Origin: a virus
Taxonomy: Duplodnaviria; Caudoviricetes
DNA length: 33,516 nucleotides
Direction: 5' to 3' (one strand)
Virus record (IMG/VR): IMGVR_UViG_3300014312_000012
Span: 1-33,516 of that record
Below are positions 32,601 through 33,516 of this stretch, in pieces. The first letter of the stretch is position 1. Each line of letters opens with the position of its first letter. The notes beneath the pieces are model-generated. The model ran no database searches, was not told the origin of the DNA, and was given only the letters and a program-made list of their open reading frames with translations. The position numbers were made by a program, and so were the translations under genes.

Positions 32601-33516
32601 GAGCTGGTACGTCTTGGGGGCCTTCTCCTTGAGCGTCTGCGGGTCGGTGACGAGCATCCGCACGGTTTCGGCCCATCCCTCGGCCTTGTAGCCCGCCGCC
32701 GGCTTGCGGTCGCCGTAGAGGTCCTTCCCGAGCTGGTTGAGCTCGCCGGTGATGGCCTTCGGCAAGTGCATGAGCTGGCCGCTGGTGAGGTTCTGCCGTG
32801 CCCCGGCGGGCGCGAAGAGAATCTTGTGCAGCAGGTGGCCCAGCTCGTGAGCCTGAGTAGCGACGTAGCTGCCCTTGTTGAGCCTGATGTCGTGGGTCCA
32901 TGAGCGGATGAAGCCCGCGGCCGTCTTGCCCAGGGAGCGAGCGCGGCCGATGCCCGGCTGGCCCGCGCCGAGGCGTCGGCTGAGGTCGCTGATGATCGAG
33001 TAGACGTTGTCGGCCGCATCGACCGCCGCCTTGTCGCGCTTCGCTCGAGCTCGTGCTTCCATGATCGAGCGTCGGACGGCCTTCTTCGAGTCGCCAGGAC
33101 GTCGGAACGCCTTGCCCTGCGGTGCGTTGGGCGGGTCGATCTTGTTGGCCCCCCAGGCCGCGGGGAGCGGGACCTCGGGCGCTGGGCCTTCGTTGTTGCT
33201 CGGCGGGACCTTGCCCTCGGGCGTGACGTCGCGGCTCGGCATCGCGTCGAGCTTGACGTCGCCGATCTTCGGCGGGGTGAGCGGGCTGTCTGCGACGACC
33301 TCGCCGGCCGGGGCCTCGGGGTCCTGCTGGCCCGTGGTGCGTACCCACGAGCGGTAGCTCTCGCCCATGCCGCTCACGATGGGGTCCGTGCCCTGCCCCG
33401 CGTCGGCTTGCTCTTCGGCCTGCCTGTCGGCTTCTGGCGGGGCTTGGGTGCTGGTCGCGTCGGCTTCGTCTTGGTCGGGTACGGCATCGGTCGGCTCCTG
33501 CTTGTCGATCACGACG
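29610..33516 (-). CDS. giant polyvalent/ejection protein with HExxH motif and C-terminal LPD38 domain (5'-partial)
   Basis: Frame is open to the window edge. AHELGH zincin-like motif. NPSFAAANLMRD, DITLDFQRGG and RDRYWYFP...YLKIPKPYGLG fit LPD38. Confidence 0.8.
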   Translation of the reverse strand, partial: VVIDKQEPTDAVPDQDEADATSTQAPPEADRQAEEQADAGQGTDPIVSGMGESYRSWVRTTGQQDPEAPAGEVVADSPLTPPKIGDVKLDAMPSRDVTPEGKVPPSNNEGPAPEVPLPAAWGANKIDPPNAPQGKAFRRPGDSKKAVRRSIMEARARAKRDKAAVDAADNVYSIISDLSRRLGAGQPGIGRARSLGKTAAGFIRSWTHDIRLNKGSYVATQAHELGHLLHKILFAPAGARQNLTSGQLMHLPKAITGELNQLGKDLYGDRKPAAGYKAEGWAETVRMLVTDPQTLKEKAPKTYQLVTMKLKTEHPETWAVLLDARLRLRNAIRFAEVDPIDQYIARNDNPRFPNLTALWDDVRIRMFDRMHRLQTMKRDLGLNDLPAHVDPHTLALRANGHISGDTKIALEYGQFDPADPKRTKIGPSFNELMEPVRYNRRVWENYMVARRVLEKRAQGYNVFPQDPRLPDMSTNAKIVQYIKRVEQEYPQFGDFFKKRGPVEIQVDEATGTEIEVPTEDPGTVAAQFQQFNEWLIGDYAVHYGLITQESADAIIAANAHYITFRAKKTEDATLKAFNLKSSSSGFVNTGTGIRRFREGKGEQIYPPIDSFMASMQGVMSRARLNEVGRSVTRIYSTGTAGSGRWLNKIDRPMEGTRLTGEQLSQEIMKQLGITEIDLGGATLQALPPYIEAMDEAQQQALLNALRDMQAATFWSPGNRTDRENMEISVLVGGKPQFYEVKDARLFDLLEGLGSSPAAHAALRFFGLPSRVLRAGATQLNPSFAAANLMRDVMQALTMTDTELRNLPAQARARMEGIKAAFIGGDIETLFLASGADMSGIFHEFYDPKSKRIDFEGMFEKNRYGFIKGDTAGRIAKDLAKLGPISRLNGAMERAVRMGEFAAVYQQQLEAGKGQAEAVATAGQAAADITLDFQRGGTWSKQINEIVVFFNAAMLGTDKLGRYIKKNPVKAFGRIVALTIVPSMLSMLLNWDNEDYWAKPLGMRDRYWYFPTGRTDDGRQTYLKIPKPYGLGAFSVAFERAWASQLGLDPETGERGDDRAFRGLGMALVNEFRPAINFAGILPIYEVNAGEQGYSFWRDSEIISGADKDLPYAMQGAARSSTTARALGDFLDYPPGKIDYLIQGFTGGLGKDVTETLIDPMVGLAWPDYVKQAEPVEFSDYLIVRRFVAGETRAGHEAVTRFFNDYEELQRVSRGAKALEDQPARYEAYVQAHAIELDLWSTYSSARSDITAGFSELRQLYRQRGEIPADEFEQRVDDVYDRIVQRAQETRIVSRQYRQQQE

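Noticed and set aside
1-33516. CRISPR array or stop-codon reassignment
   Set aside because: No regularly spaced repeats seen; TAG, TGA and TAA all end well-defined genes of expected length.

Overview
A 33.5-kb fragment of a GC-rich (roughly two-thirds G+C by eye) tailed phage or prophage with podovirus-like gene content and almost every gene on the minus strand. In transcription order (right to left) it carries: a partial giant LPD38-type polyvalent protein; a holin-lipoprotein fusion; portal; a Cys-less FmdB-like protein; membrane/exported proteins; a sigma-70-like factor; a RusA-like resolvase; an AT-rich intergenic region with DnaA boxes; LamG and repeat-domain proteins; a tiny Tat-motif protein; terminase large subunit; an Acb2/Tad1-like protein; scaffold, major capsid, decoration, adaptor, nozzle and fibre genes; two probable ejection proteins; an atypical tRNA with its own promoter; a YfdP/YfdQ-like pair; a minimal PolX-like nucleotidyltransferase with an ASCH protein; and a divergent DUF1580-like gene / Lys-rich HTH gene (the HTH gene is missing from the ORF track). 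The DUF1580-like gene hints at a Planctomycetota host (inference). The most striking observations are: (1) a 72-aa RR-motif protein whose C-terminus aligns without gaps to a capsid-protein helix; (2) a tRNA with a His-like G-1:C73 pair whose anticodon loop is the reverse complement of a His loop; (3) a five-site 6-3-6 operator family; (4) a symmetric, apparently leaderless bidirectional promoter; (5) synonymous avoidance of CTGCAG and RGATCY. All family assignments come from motif recognition by eye, not database searches.
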